64,000 nucleotides of DNA from Nitrospinales bacterium (lineage in GTDB: Bacteria; Nitrospinota; Nitrospinia; Nitrospinales; VA-1). The position numbers and the translations under genes are program-made. Location: contig CBDCWG010000012.1 in the NCBI GenBank assembly GCA_965223345.1, forward strand, positions 1,632,001 to 1,696,000, in the 5' to 3' direction. Numbering within the stretch: position 1 is the stretch's first letter; every line of letters starts with the position of its first letter. The notes under the pieces were generated by a model. The model did not search any database. It was not told the DNA's origin and saw only the letters and a list, made by a program, of their open reading frames with translations. Of the stretch, positions 38,534 to 46,885 are shown in pieces.

Positions 38534-38671
38534 CATGAGCCAAAAAAAGCGAGCCTCGCGCAACACCCACAGGGTTCCGCCGCGAAGGCGCAAAGAAAAG
38601 ACGGGACAGGATCACAGGATTGCAGATAAGGGGAAGGACTTGATCCCTCCCATACTTTATTTTCTTATTCC

Positions 38672-39460
38672 ATGAAACTCACACGCAGCGTTTCTGCAAA
38701 TCAAAGATCATCTCAAAGCAAATGGAAGTTTGCAGATGTTTTGTTCCGTCTGGTTTTGTACGCCGCGTGGGGGTGCGCGCTGTGGCTGACGGCGCGGTTT
38801 GCGTATGCAGCGGTTGCCCTCACTTGGAAAGCAGGAACGCCGATGCTGGGGATGGCGTTTGACAGCCCGCTCGATCAGGCGATGCTGCTAGGCGTTGTCC
38901 TGCTGCACGTTCTGCTGTGGATACCGGCTGTGGTGCTGCTGTTTTTTTTCCTGCGCAAAAAGAAAACCCGCACGCTCGACTGGACGCACGTTGCGGTTTC
39001 GCTTTTGCTGCTGGCGCTGTTTTATGTTCCGGAGGGGTACTGGCAGCGTCCTTTCATTCATCTCAACGGTTTGCCGAAAGATCCTGAGCGTTTTTTCATC
39101 CATGCGGCGGCGACGGGGGATGCGGGCCTGCTCGAACTTTTGCTGGACAAGGGCGTGGAGCCGAAGCCGGCTCTGTTGAACGAGGCGTTTTTCAATGCGG
39201 GTATGGAAGGCCAGCTTGCGGCCATGCAGTTTCTTCTGCAACGCAAGGCGGATATCGACTATCAACAGGGGGGAGCGGGGAGCACCGCGTTGATGTCGGC
39301 CGCCGCGCTGGGGCACACCGAGGCGGTGCGTTTTCTGCTGGCCAACCGCGCCGACGCCACGCTCAAGGACAGGCAGGGCAAAACCGCCCTGGACAAGGCG
39401 AGGCGGTTTGACCGGCAGGAGGTGGCGACGATTTTGGAGGGGCACGCCCGGGCGCATTAA
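38672..39460 (+). CDS. Membrane protein with C-terminal ankyrin repeats
   Basis: Three TMs followed by STALMSAAALGHTEAVRFLL and GKTALD. Confidence 0.85.
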   Translation: MKLTRSVSANQRSSQSKWKFADVLFRLVLYAAWGCALWLTARFAYAAVALTWKAGTPMLGMAFDSPLDQAMLLGVVLLHVLLWIPAVVLLFFFLRKKKTRTLDWTHVAVSLLLLALFYVPEGYWQRPFIHLNGLPKDPERFFIHAAATGDAGLLELLLDKGVEPKPALLNEAFFNAGMEGQLAAMQFLLQRKADIDYQQGGAGSTALMSAAALGHTEAVRFLLANRADATLKDRQGKTALDKARRFDRQEVATILEGHARAH

Positions 39461-39591
39461 CCTGCGGTTTTTCAATCGTGACTGCCGGATACCGCTTTCG
39501 GGTGCGGGTTTGCCGCCCGACGGGCCTTTACCGCCGCCGCATTTCATGGTTAGATGGGAGAAACTCAAACTCCATTCATTCGGGAAATACC

Positions 39592-39975
39592 ATGAAACTC
39601 TCTCTCCGTTCTTTCATCAGCCTGTTTGTCATCACCGCCGTGCTCGCACTTTCGGTTCCTTCCGTCTTCGCGTTCAGCTTTCAGGAATTCGGCGATAAAA
39701 TTTCCAAGGAGACGCAGAAACTGCGCCGCGGGGTGGGGCTGGCGGATGAAGACGAGGAAAAGACGGTCTGCGAGGCGGGGAGTTATAAAAAAACCGAAGA
39801 CTCGATGGCCTGCCTTCTCTGTCCGATCGGCACCTACAACGACGCCAAGGGCGCGACCCAGTGCACCGCCTGTCCGGACGGAACCACCACCGCCAAACTC
39901 GGCGCGGATTCGGTGGATGTCTGCAAAGCCCAGCCCGCCGCCGCGGAGACCTCCAGCGAAGCGGCTGCGGAATAA
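39592..39975 (+). CDS. Secreted protein with a GCC2/GCC3 (ephrin-receptor-like) Cys-rich repeat
   Basis: Signal peptide ending VFA and C..G.Y...C..CP.GTY...G...C..CP.GTTT...GA.S...C. Confidence 0.75.
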   Translation: MKLSLRSFISLFVITAVLALSVPSVFAFSFQEFGDKISKETQKLRRGVGLADEDEEKTVCEAGSYKKTEDSMACLLCPIGTYNDAKGATQCTACPDGTTTAKLGADSVDVCKAQPAAAETSSEAAAE

Positions 39976-40106
39976 AATAGTAGACATACACTAAATATAG
40001 CCATGTCGGTTTGATGGAATCGGTAATCATCGAAACCGGGATTACGAGTAGAATCTGATGTGCTATTTCAAAACTTAATGTTTGGTTTCCCTTTTTTTAT
40101 TTAAAT

Positions 40107-40191
40107 CCCCCTCACCCAACCCTCAAGTCACCTTCAGTTTTTTTGATAAGCGGGTGTCAAGCTTCGCTTGACCTCCCTCCAGGGGAGAGGG
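40107..40191. repeat. REP-like palindrome interrupted by a 49-bp insert
   Basis: Joining 40107-40124 to 40174-40191 restores the hairpin CCCTCTCCC-TCCAG-GGGAGAGGG. Confidence 0.55.
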
Positions 40192-40205
40192 ATAGTCTAA
40201 AGACG

Positions 40206-40799
40206 TTGGCTCCTCCTGTCATAAAACACGTTTTTCTACTTCTGCTATGTTTTCTATGTCCGTCCGTTGTCTATGCGGATTCGTTTGCCGATCGGCTGGT
40301 TCAAGCGGCGAAGGAGCGCACGCAGCATGCAGTGACCTACGACGGCTCGTACCGCGCCATCGCCTATCCCATGGGGGACGTGCCGGACAATATCGGCGTG
40401 TGCACGGATGTTGTGGTGCGTTCTTACAGGAAGGTCGGCATCGATCTGCAACAGCGGGTGCATGAGGACATGAAGGAAAACTTTTCCCTGTATCCGAAAA
40501 TCTGGGGGCTGACGCGGCCCGATGCCAACATCGATCACCGGCGCGTGCCGAACCTGCAGACATTTTTTGAGCGCAAGGGCACGTCGCTGCCGGTAAGCCG
40601 CGATGTGAAAAATTATAAAGCCGGGGATCTGGTGACCTGGATGTTGCCGGGAAACCTGCCGCACATCGGCATCGTGTCCGACCGCAAGGTGCGGGGCACG
40701 GCGCGCCCGATGATCCTGCACAACATCGGCCGCGGACCGAAAGAGGACGACATTCTTTTCCAATACCCGATCACCGGCCATTACCGCTACGGCGAATGA
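40206..40799 (+). CDS. DUF1287 (YijF-like) secreted protein; start uncertain
   Basis: YDGSY..IAYP.GDVP...GVCTDVVVRSYR, IDHRRVPNL and LPHIGIVS motifs. Confidence 0.88.
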   Translation: MAPPVIKHVFLLLLCFLCPSVVYADSFADRLVQAAKERTQHAVTYDGSYRAIAYPMGDVPDNIGVCTDVVVRSYRKVGIDLQQRVHEDMKENFSLYPKIWGLTRPDANIDHRRVPNLQTFFERKGTSLPVSRDVKNYKAGDLVTWMLPGNLPHIGIVSDRKVRGTARPMILHNIGRGPKEDDILFQYPITGHYRYGE

Positions 40800-40815
40800 G
40801 CGGGGTGTTTTGAAT

Positions 40816-41130
40816 TCAGCTCGTGGAGTTGACGTTTTTGCGGATGGTCTCGATGACTTTGGACTGGATGCGCGACCAGCGCACGCTGGCTTCCTTGGTG
40901 ACCTGGATCTCGTCGCCCAGAATCCACACGCCGACGACGCCGGGGATTTCGAACAACGCGCGGGCGAGGGGATTGCCCTGGGCCAGGCCGGGGGTGGAAT
41001 AGGACAGGCCCGTGCCGGGAGGCAGCAGCGGGGTTTCCAGTTTGAAGCCGACGAGGTTTTCGTTGCGTGTGGGGACCACTTGAATTTTTACGGTCATGGG
41101 TTCGCTCGAGATTGTGTCTGTGTTTGCCAT
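40816..41130 (-). CDS. Nfu/NifU N-terminal scaffold-domain protein
   Basis: PLARALFEIPGVVGV...IQVTK...W. Confidence 0.8.
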   Translation of the reverse strand: MANTDTISSEPMTVKIQVVPTRNENLVGFKLETPLLPPGTGLSYSTPGLAQGNPLARALFEIPGVVGVWILGDEIQVTKEASVRWSRIQSKVIETIRKNVNSTS

Positions 41131-41169
41131 CTTACGGGTTGTGGTGGAACGCGCCGCGGCGTTCCGGTT

Positions 41170-41745
41170 TCATAATTGTTCTTTGTAGCCGAACTTGGCG
41201 ATGGCCTCGTCCAGCACCTTCTGCGTCGCTTCCGCCGCCTGCGGCATGTTCTGCAGCCGGAACAGGTTCACCGCTTTCTGCAGGTTGAGGATCACCAGCC
41301 GCTTGAAGGGCGGTCCCTCGCGGTAATTGTAATACGCCCAGCCCAGGTTGCCGTGCGCCTCCGCATCGTTCTGCCGCCGGTGCACGACGATGTTGAGCTC
41401 GCCGATCGCGTCCTGCCAGCGCTCCAGCATGTTGTAGGCGTTGCCCAGGCCGAAGCGCGCGTCGAGGTGCGTCGGTTCGATCTCCAGGGTTTTCTTGAAC
41501 GCCGCCGCGGCTTTCTCGTACTGCCGCAGTTTCTTGTAGGCGACTCCCAGGTTGTAATGCGCGGTCGGCGATTTGGGGTTCTGCTCGATGGATTTTTCAT
41601 ACGCCTCCACCGCTTCCTCGAACCGCCCCTGTCCGTTCAGCTCGTTGCCCCGTTCGAACCAGCCCTGTGCGTCCAGGGCGAGAGCCGGGCCCGCAAGCAC
41701 CCAGCTCAAAAGCAGAAATAAGGTGAAAGCCAACCTGTGTTTCAT
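41170..41745 (-). CDS. Secreted TPR protein
   Basis: Signal peptide and AHYNLG-type TPRs. Confidence 0.88.
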   Translation of the reverse strand: MKHRLAFTLFLLLSWVLAGPALALDAQGWFERGNELNGQGRFEEAVEAYEKSIEQNPKSPTAHYNLGVAYKKLRQYEKAAAAFKKTLEIEPTHLDARFGLGNAYNMLERWQDAIGELNIVVHRRQNDAEAHGNLGWAYYNYREGPPFKRLVILNLQKAVNLFRLQNMPQAAEATQKVLDEAIAKFGYKEQL

Positions 41746-41981
41746 GGGTGCGTCCTCCCGATAGCCAAAAGTCTCCCAGCTTCAAGGACAACCAGTTCTT
41801 TGCCGGACCGGAAACGGAGAATTCTACCCTATTTGCACGGAACATGACAACCCCCACCGCCCCGGTGGGGGAACAGGTCCGGCTGGGTGCGGCTGCCGGA
41901 CGGGATCGGGTACCAATCGCTCGGTTTTTTACGGGTTGCGCTCCGGATGCAACGCCTCCGCACGCAACCTGTGCCCGGAAA

Positions 41982-42779
41982 TCAGGGCTTTTTTTCAGGC
42001 AGCCCGCGCCCGGTGACCCAGTAGCGGCCGGCGCTTTTTTTCAGGCGGATGGGGCAGTCCAGGGCCTTTGAGAGGGCTGTTTCCGTGAGCAGGGCGCTTT
42101 TTTTGCCCTGATCGAACAGTCTGCCGTCCTTGAGATACAGCAGGTGCGTGATGCAGGGCATGATCTCATCGACGTGGTGGGTCACGTACAGAATGCGGGT
42201 TCGCGTGCCGGATAATTTCTCCAGCGTCGCGAGAAACAGCTCACGAGTGGGGATGTCCAGCCCGTTGCAGGGCTCATCGAGGATCAGCAGCTCTGGCTCG
42301 TTGACCAGCGCCCGCGCCAGCAGCACCCGGCGGGCCTCGCCGTAGGAAAGGCGGCGGAATCCGCTGCGCGCCAGATGGCCGATGCCGAGAAAATCCATCC
42401 ATTCCAGCGCGCGGGCTTTCTGGCTGCGGGTGACGCGTTCGTACAGGCCGATCGTGGAAAAGATGCCCGAGGCCACCACCTCCCAGCCCACCAGGTGGTT
42501 GGCGTGGTTTTCCTGATACTCGGCGGAGATGTAGCCCATTTTCTGCCGGATTTCCTCCAGCGGCGTGAGCCAGGGCAGGCCGAACCACAGGACTTCCCCG
42601 CCATGCACCGGCAGCAGTTCGCCGAACACGAGCCGCGTGAAGGTGGTTTTTCCCGAGCCGTTGTTGCCCACCACCGCCCAGTTTTCGTTTGCGAGCTGGG
42701 TCCAGTCGATATCGCTCAGGGCGCGGTGCCCCTGCACGTGGACGGTGGCTGCGCGGATTTCCACCAGAGGTTTGTGCAT
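41982..42779 (-). CDS. ABC ATP-binding protein (ModF/YlmA-like)
   Basis: GNNGSGKTT, LSYGE, LILDEP and YVTHH motifs. Confidence 0.9.
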   Translation of the reverse strand: MHKPLVEIRAATVHVQGHRALSDIDWTQLANENWAVVGNNGSGKTTFTRLVFGELLPVHGGEVLWFGLPWLTPLEEIRQKMGYISAEYQENHANHLVGWEVVASGIFSTIGLYERVTRSQKARALEWMDFLGIGHLARSGFRRLSYGEARRVLLARALVNEPELLILDEPCNGLDIPTRELFLATLEKLSGTRTRILYVTHHVDEIMPCITHLLYLKDGRLFDQGKKSALLTETALSKALDCPIRLKKSAGRYWVTGRGLPEKKP

Positions 42780-42787
42780 GGCCGGTT

Positions 42788-43447
42788 TTACTGGATGGCG
42801 ATTTTCTTGGCGGCGGCTGCGGGGAAGGTGAGGGCGTCGGCATTGCCCGCAATCAGCTGCGCCACCGGCTCGCCGTCGTAGTACTGGATGATGTTGAGCG
42901 TGCCGTATTCCTGCTGGATGCGGAACAGGTTGCGGATGGGGATTCCCAGGATGTGCGCCAGGATGACCCGGTTGACGCCGCCGTGCGCCACGATGACGAT
43001 CTGGCCTTCTTGGTGCTGCGCCACGATTTCCTCATATTTGGGGATCACGCGGTCGCGCAGATCGGTGAAGGTTTCACCGCCCTTAACGGAAAAGGCGGCG
43101 ATGTTTTTCAACCGTTCCGCCAGCTGGCCGGGGTATTTCTGGTTCACCTCCTCGATGCTCATGCCTTCCCAGTCGCCGAAGCACAACTCGCGGATTTCGG
43201 CGCAGGCGATCGGTTTCAGCCCGTGCGGTTCGCCGATGCGTTCGGCGCCGATGCGGGTGCGGCGCAGGTCGCTGCTGTAGACGGCTTTGAGGGACTGGCT
43301 GCGGAAGGTTTCCGCGATGCGCTCGAACTGGGCGAGGCCCTGTGGGGAAAGGTCGATGTCGTGGTGGCCGTTGAAACACACCTGTCCGGCGTTGGCGGTT
43401 TCTCCGTGGCGGAACAGGTAGATCCTCAATCCGGGCTTGCCTTGCAT
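42788..43447 (-). CDS. cobC: Histidine phosphatase, alpha-ribazole-phosphatase (CobC)-like
   Basis: RHGET, SSDLRR, E..FGDWEG and AHGG motifs. The CobC specificity is inferred. Confidence 0.75.
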   Translation of the reverse strand: MQGKPGLRIYLFRHGETANAGQVCFNGHHDIDLSPQGLAQFERIAETFRSQSLKAVYSSDLRRTRIGAERIGEPHGLKPIACAEIRELCFGDWEGMSIEEVNQKYPGQLAERLKNIAAFSVKGGETFTDLRDRVIPKYEEIVAQHQEGQIVIVAHGGVNRVILAHILGIPIRNLFRIQQEYGTLNIIQYYDGEPVAQLIAGNADALTFPAAAAKKIAIQ

Positions 43448-43499
43448 GCGGTTTCCGTTGTTTAAAGGAAGAGGGGTGGATGATGACGGTCGGGGGAAG

Positions 43500-43536
43500 C
43501 AAAAAAAAATGACAGGCCCAAAGAAGGGCCTGTCAT
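43500..43536 (-). terminator. Rho-independent terminator of the microprotein operon
   Basis: ATGACAGGCCC/GGGCCTGTCAT stem with a poly-U run on the minus strand. Confidence 0.85.
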
Positions 43537-43560
43537 CTTGAAATCGCGTTTTGAAACCGC

Positions 43561-43743
43561 TCAGTGGCCGCCGCCTCCGCCGCCACCGCTGGACCAGAGA
43601 TAGAAGAAGTCGAGTCCCTGTACTTTCATCAGACCGATGTTGATCAGCAGATAGTAGAAAGAGCAGGCGATCATGGCGATGATGAACCAAATGATCGATT
43701 TGGCTGTTATAAACGGTTTTTGCTCGTCTCTAATTTCGTTCAT
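43561..43743 (-). CDS. 60-aa single-TM protein ending SSG7H
   Basis: AGGAG RBS, one TM segment, and a terminator immediately downstream. Confidence 0.75.
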   Translation of the reverse strand: MNEIRDEQKPFITAKSIIWFIIAMIACSFYYLLINIGLMKVQGLDFFYLWSSGGGGGGGH

Positions 43744-43795
43744 GGTTCTTGCTTTCTCCTGTTGGGTTTATCTTGAATGGGTCAGGCACCGCCGA

Positions 43796-43900
43796 TCAAC
43801 GCCACACAGACGCGAACCAGTAGAAAAACCACAATGAGAATATGACGGTTGCGATGTAAATCCAGGGGCCTGCTTTTTCTTTAAGCTTTTGAATATCCAT
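43796..43900 (-). CDS. 34-aa single-TM microprotein MDIQKLKEKAGPWIYIATVIFSLWFFYWFASVWR (not in ORF track)
   Basis: GGAGG RBS, basic N-terminus and aromatic-rich TM. Confidence 0.7.
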   Translation of the reverse strand: MDIQKLKEKAGPWIYIATVIFSLWFFYWFASVWR

Positions 43901-43942
43901 TAAGGTAACGCCTCCGAAATTGAATGGAAGTCCAGTTTATTC

Positions 43943-43990
43943 TTGACAGTTTTAAATTCCGAATGATATTTTCAACCGGTTAAAAACTGT
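43943..43990 (+). promoter_or_regulatory. Promoter bracketed by an inverted repeat in the divergent microprotein region
   Basis: TTGACA...TGnTATTTT with a near-perfect IR ACAGTTTTAA / TTAAAAACTGT. Confidence 0.45.
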
Positions 43991-44010
43991 TAACCACTCA
44001 AGAGGTTCGC

Positions 44011-44118
44011 ATGGCCAGCAAGGACGGAAAAATCTTCGATACCATCGTTTACATTGGCCTCGGGGTCAATGGTTTGACCGCTCTTTATTTGCTACTCATG
44101 TATTTTGATATTATCTAA
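44011..44118 (+). CDS. 35-aa single-TM microprotein MASKDGKIFDTIVYIGLGVNGLTALYLLLMYFDII (not in ORF track)
   Basis: AAGAGG RBS, an upstream promoter and a TM segment. Confidence 0.65.
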   Translation: MASKDGKIFDTIVYIGLGVNGLTALYLLLMYFDII

Positions 44119-44240
44119 ACCCCCGAAACTTAACACAGGGGTTTTAAAAGAGTCAAGAGGAAAACCCCCCTTGTTTCAAGAAATTTAACCCCTCCCAAAA
44201 ATCAACGGCTGCAAGCGTTTCCCCCCTCGGCGGGGCGGGA

Positions 44241-44948
44241 TCATTTCGGATAGATGACGTAGAGCATCAGGTAGGTCGCGGTGCTGGTCGCCAGGATCAG
44301 CGCGTAGATCACCATGGTGCCGCGCCCCAGGATGCGGTGGCGGCGCGCCCCGTCCGGCAGCCATTTCTCGATGGCCTTCTCCAGCGACACCACCCCGGCT
44401 ATGGTGAGAAAAATCAGTGTCCAGGCGATGTTGGAGGTCATGGAGATCCCGCGCAGCAGGTTCTGCAGCAGCAGGTTCAACAGCCAGAGCCCCGCGATGA
44501 TCAGCATCACCTTTTTGAAGGTCTCGGGCCGCATTTTCAGCTCGCCGGCCTTGAGGAGATAGTCTCCGTCCACTTTGGCGCTGGCTCGAAACCCCTGCAC
44601 CATCATGTAAAAGGCCAAGATGAGGCCGAGCGTCACCAGGATGAGATGCGTGGTGAGCACGGGCACGAAGACGCTGTTGTAGACCTCTTCCGGCCCGCCG
44701 AAGCCTTCCTTTCCCTCCAGCGATAACACGCCCAGCTGGCGGGCGTAGTAGTAACCGCAGAAGTAGATCACCATCGAGACCATGGACACGCCGATCAGTT
44801 TGTGGTGCTTCGTGCCCTGGGCTTTTTTGGCCAGGCCCCAGGCGACGAGAAACAGCACCGTGAACACCACCGCGAGCAGGTAACTGAGGTCCGCCCCCAG
44901 GGTTCCGGCGTTGGCGAGAAAGCCCGGCTTTTCGAGAATTTCTTTCAT
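44241..44948 (-). CDS. DUF420 family membrane protein
   Basis: HHKL, GFGGP..VY...LTTHLIL and RHRILGR...T..YLMLY motifs. Confidence 0.85.
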   Translation of the reverse strand: MKEILEKPGFLANAGTLGADLSYLLAVVFTVLFLVAWGLAKKAQGTKHHKLIGVSMVSMVIYFCGYYYARQLGVLSLEGKEGFGGPEEVYNSVFVPVLTTHLILVTLGLILAFYMMVQGFRASAKVDGDYLLKAGELKMRPETFKKVMLIIAGLWLLNLLLQNLLRGISMTSNIAWTLIFLTIAGVVSLEKAIEKWLPDGARRHRILGRGTMVIYALILATSTATYLMLYVIYPK

Positions 44949-45025
44949 GGTCTGGTCTCAGCGTTGAGTGACGGCAATGTGTCCTGTTTCAGGTTTCGCT
45001 GCGGGACGCGGATCGGGTTGTATTT

Positions 45026-45205
45026 TCAATTGCCGACTTTCCCCAGGATGTAAGTGCCCGCATAAAATTCGACGATCCCCAGAATCGACATGTAAAGCAG
45101 CGGCTCCATCCCCATCTGGGTGAAAAACCGGTAGACGACATACGTGATCGTGGCCAGGCCCAGGATCTGCAAAGCGCGTCCCAAAAAATACAGAATCTGC
45201 TGCAT
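45026..45205 (-). CDS. 59-aa two-TM protein MQQILYFLGRALQILGL... (not in ORF track)
   Basis: Starts 8 nt after the upstream stop, has two hydrophobic helices and GC3-rich codons. Confidence 0.7.
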   Translation of the reverse strand: MQQILYFLGRALQILGLATITYVVYRFFTQMGMEPLLYMSILGIVEFYAGTYILGKVGN

Positions 45206-45212
45206 GGGGGAG

Positions 45213-45797
45213 TCAGTTTCCCAGAATGGTCCGGACCTGCTTGTTGGCTTCGATCAGCTGGTTGACGTTTTCGCGGCCGAACTCGTGGATCTTTTCGCGC
45301 ACCATCGACAACACCAGCTTCCCCTGCGGCGTGAAGGCGCTGGGCGCTTTCGGAATCGTGTCCAGCTTGCCGCTCTGTGCCAGTTCCTCGTATTTTTTGG
45401 TGACGTCGTCGTTGTTGTACAGCGTGTCCAGCTGGTAGCAGTAGCCGAGTTTGACGTAATCCCGCTCCTTTTCGGTTTCCTTTTTCGAGTCCCACACGAT
45501 GTTTTCGATTTCGATTGTGTTCGGCTTGAACTCCCCTTCGGCGAGCAGCTTTTTGATCTCTTCGAAGTAGGCGTTCATCTCTTTTTCGCTTTGGAGCTCG
45601 TCTTCCGGAACCTTCGAGCTGATCTCGAATTCGATCTGGTTGTCCTTCAGGGAGGGACGGCTGATCTCGTAGGTGATGTTGCCGTGGTTGAAGCGCCGGC
45701 CTTTTTTGGGTTTGAACTTGTTCTGCATTTCCTTCACCAGGTCGTTCAGCCCCTCACCGGCAAATTGACTGAAAAGAAGTCCCTTTAAACTCGACAT
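45213..45797 (-). CDS. Soluble hypothetical protein
   Basis: GGAGG RBS and strong codon bias. No family recognised. Confidence 0.8.
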   Translation of the reverse strand: MSSLKGLLFSQFAGEGLNDLVKEMQNKFKPKKGRRFNHGNITYEISRPSLKDNQIEFEISSKVPEDELQSEKEMNAYFEEIKKLLAEGEFKPNTIEIENIVWDSKKETEKERDYVKLGYCYQLDTLYNNDDVTKKYEELAQSGKLDTIPKAPSAFTPQGKLVLSMVREKIHEFGRENVNQLIEANKQVRTILGN

Positions 45798-46008
45798 GAA
45801 ATTTCCTCCAAAGTTGCGAATGGCCGCGTTTCCCGGCAGGGCCAGGAAGCGGAACACGGAAAATCTGTGAAATAAAATAACATTCTCTGCCCGGATAAAA
45901 AACTTCTATATGAAGGCCGGCCGCAAAAAAGGGGGGCGTTTTTTCGGTCTGCGGCCGTTTCCGGCCCGGGGTTCGGCACAGAAAACGGCCCGGAACGGGC
46001 GGGAAGGG

Positions 46009-46800
46009 TCAAAACTTCGTCGTTTCGGGCGGATTCGACGCGAAGGAGGGGGAGCTGAACGCGCCGCCGGTTTTCACGAACCGGGGGGAACCGTCTTTCT
46101 GATAGCTGTAACGCATTTTGATGCACCCGGTTTCCTTGTTGTCGCAGTAAAAGCTGATGAACTGCACCTTGGCGTATTTGTTGTCGGCGGTGCGCACGGC
46201 GTAGATGTTCTTTTTCGCCGTGAGTTTGTGGGTGAGGTAATTGTACTTGTACCATTTCAGCAAAACCGGGTTTTCGGTTTCGGTGCGGGTCGCGATGTCC
46301 GGGATGTAGGAATCGGTGGGCACCTCGGTGACCTCGTCGAATTTGTAGGATTTCAGATCCAGGAGTCCGGCTTTGCCGAATTTGTTGGTGGCGCCGCCGT
46401 TGGAGATCACCTTGCCCCGGCGGAACGCCAGATCCCATTCCAGCGAAGAGGGGTCGTGGATCTTGACGACACCGCCCCGGGAGAAATCAAAATAGGTCCA
46501 GTCTTCATCCGAGGACGCGTTGACGGTCACGTACTGCGTGTCGAGCAGATTGGCGGGTTTTTGCGCGATCGGCGGATTCTTGGGTTTCACGACTTCGCCC
46601 TTCTGCGGCAGGTTCACGCTCGGCGAATTCCAGAAATCCTTCATCTTCACCAGTTTCGCCGGCAGCCAGAAAATGCCGACCAGAAGCAGGGAAAGGCACA
46701 GGTTGAGCAGGAAGAGGTTGCGCCACATTTTGCGTTTCTTTTCGACTTGGTGTGGCGCCGGAACGGGGGATTGAAATGAAGTTTCGATTTTTTCGTTCAT
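46009..46800 (-). CDS. hmuY: HmuY-family heme-binding protein with an N-terminal TM anchor
   Basis: WTYFDF, WDLAFRR, SNGG, WYKYN and YAVRTADNKYAKVQFISFY motifs. Confidence 0.85.
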   Translation of the reverse strand: MNEKIETSFQSPVPAPHQVEKKRKMWRNLFLLNLCLSLLLVGIFWLPAKLVKMKDFWNSPSVNLPQKGEVVKPKNPPIAQKPANLLDTQYVTVNASSDEDWTYFDFSRGGVVKIHDPSSLEWDLAFRRGKVISNGGATNKFGKAGLLDLKSYKFDEVTEVPTDSYIPDIATRTETENPVLLKWYKYNYLTHKLTAKKNIYAVRTADNKYAKVQFISFYCDNKETGCIKMRYSYQKDGSPRFVKTGGAFSSPSFASNPPETTKF

Positions 46801-46885
46801 GGCGAAGCTCTGTGTTTGATCGTCGGAGTACGGCCGAATCGGGTTGCCTATGAGATCCTATTGTACCGCGACAGGGGGCCGCGGC

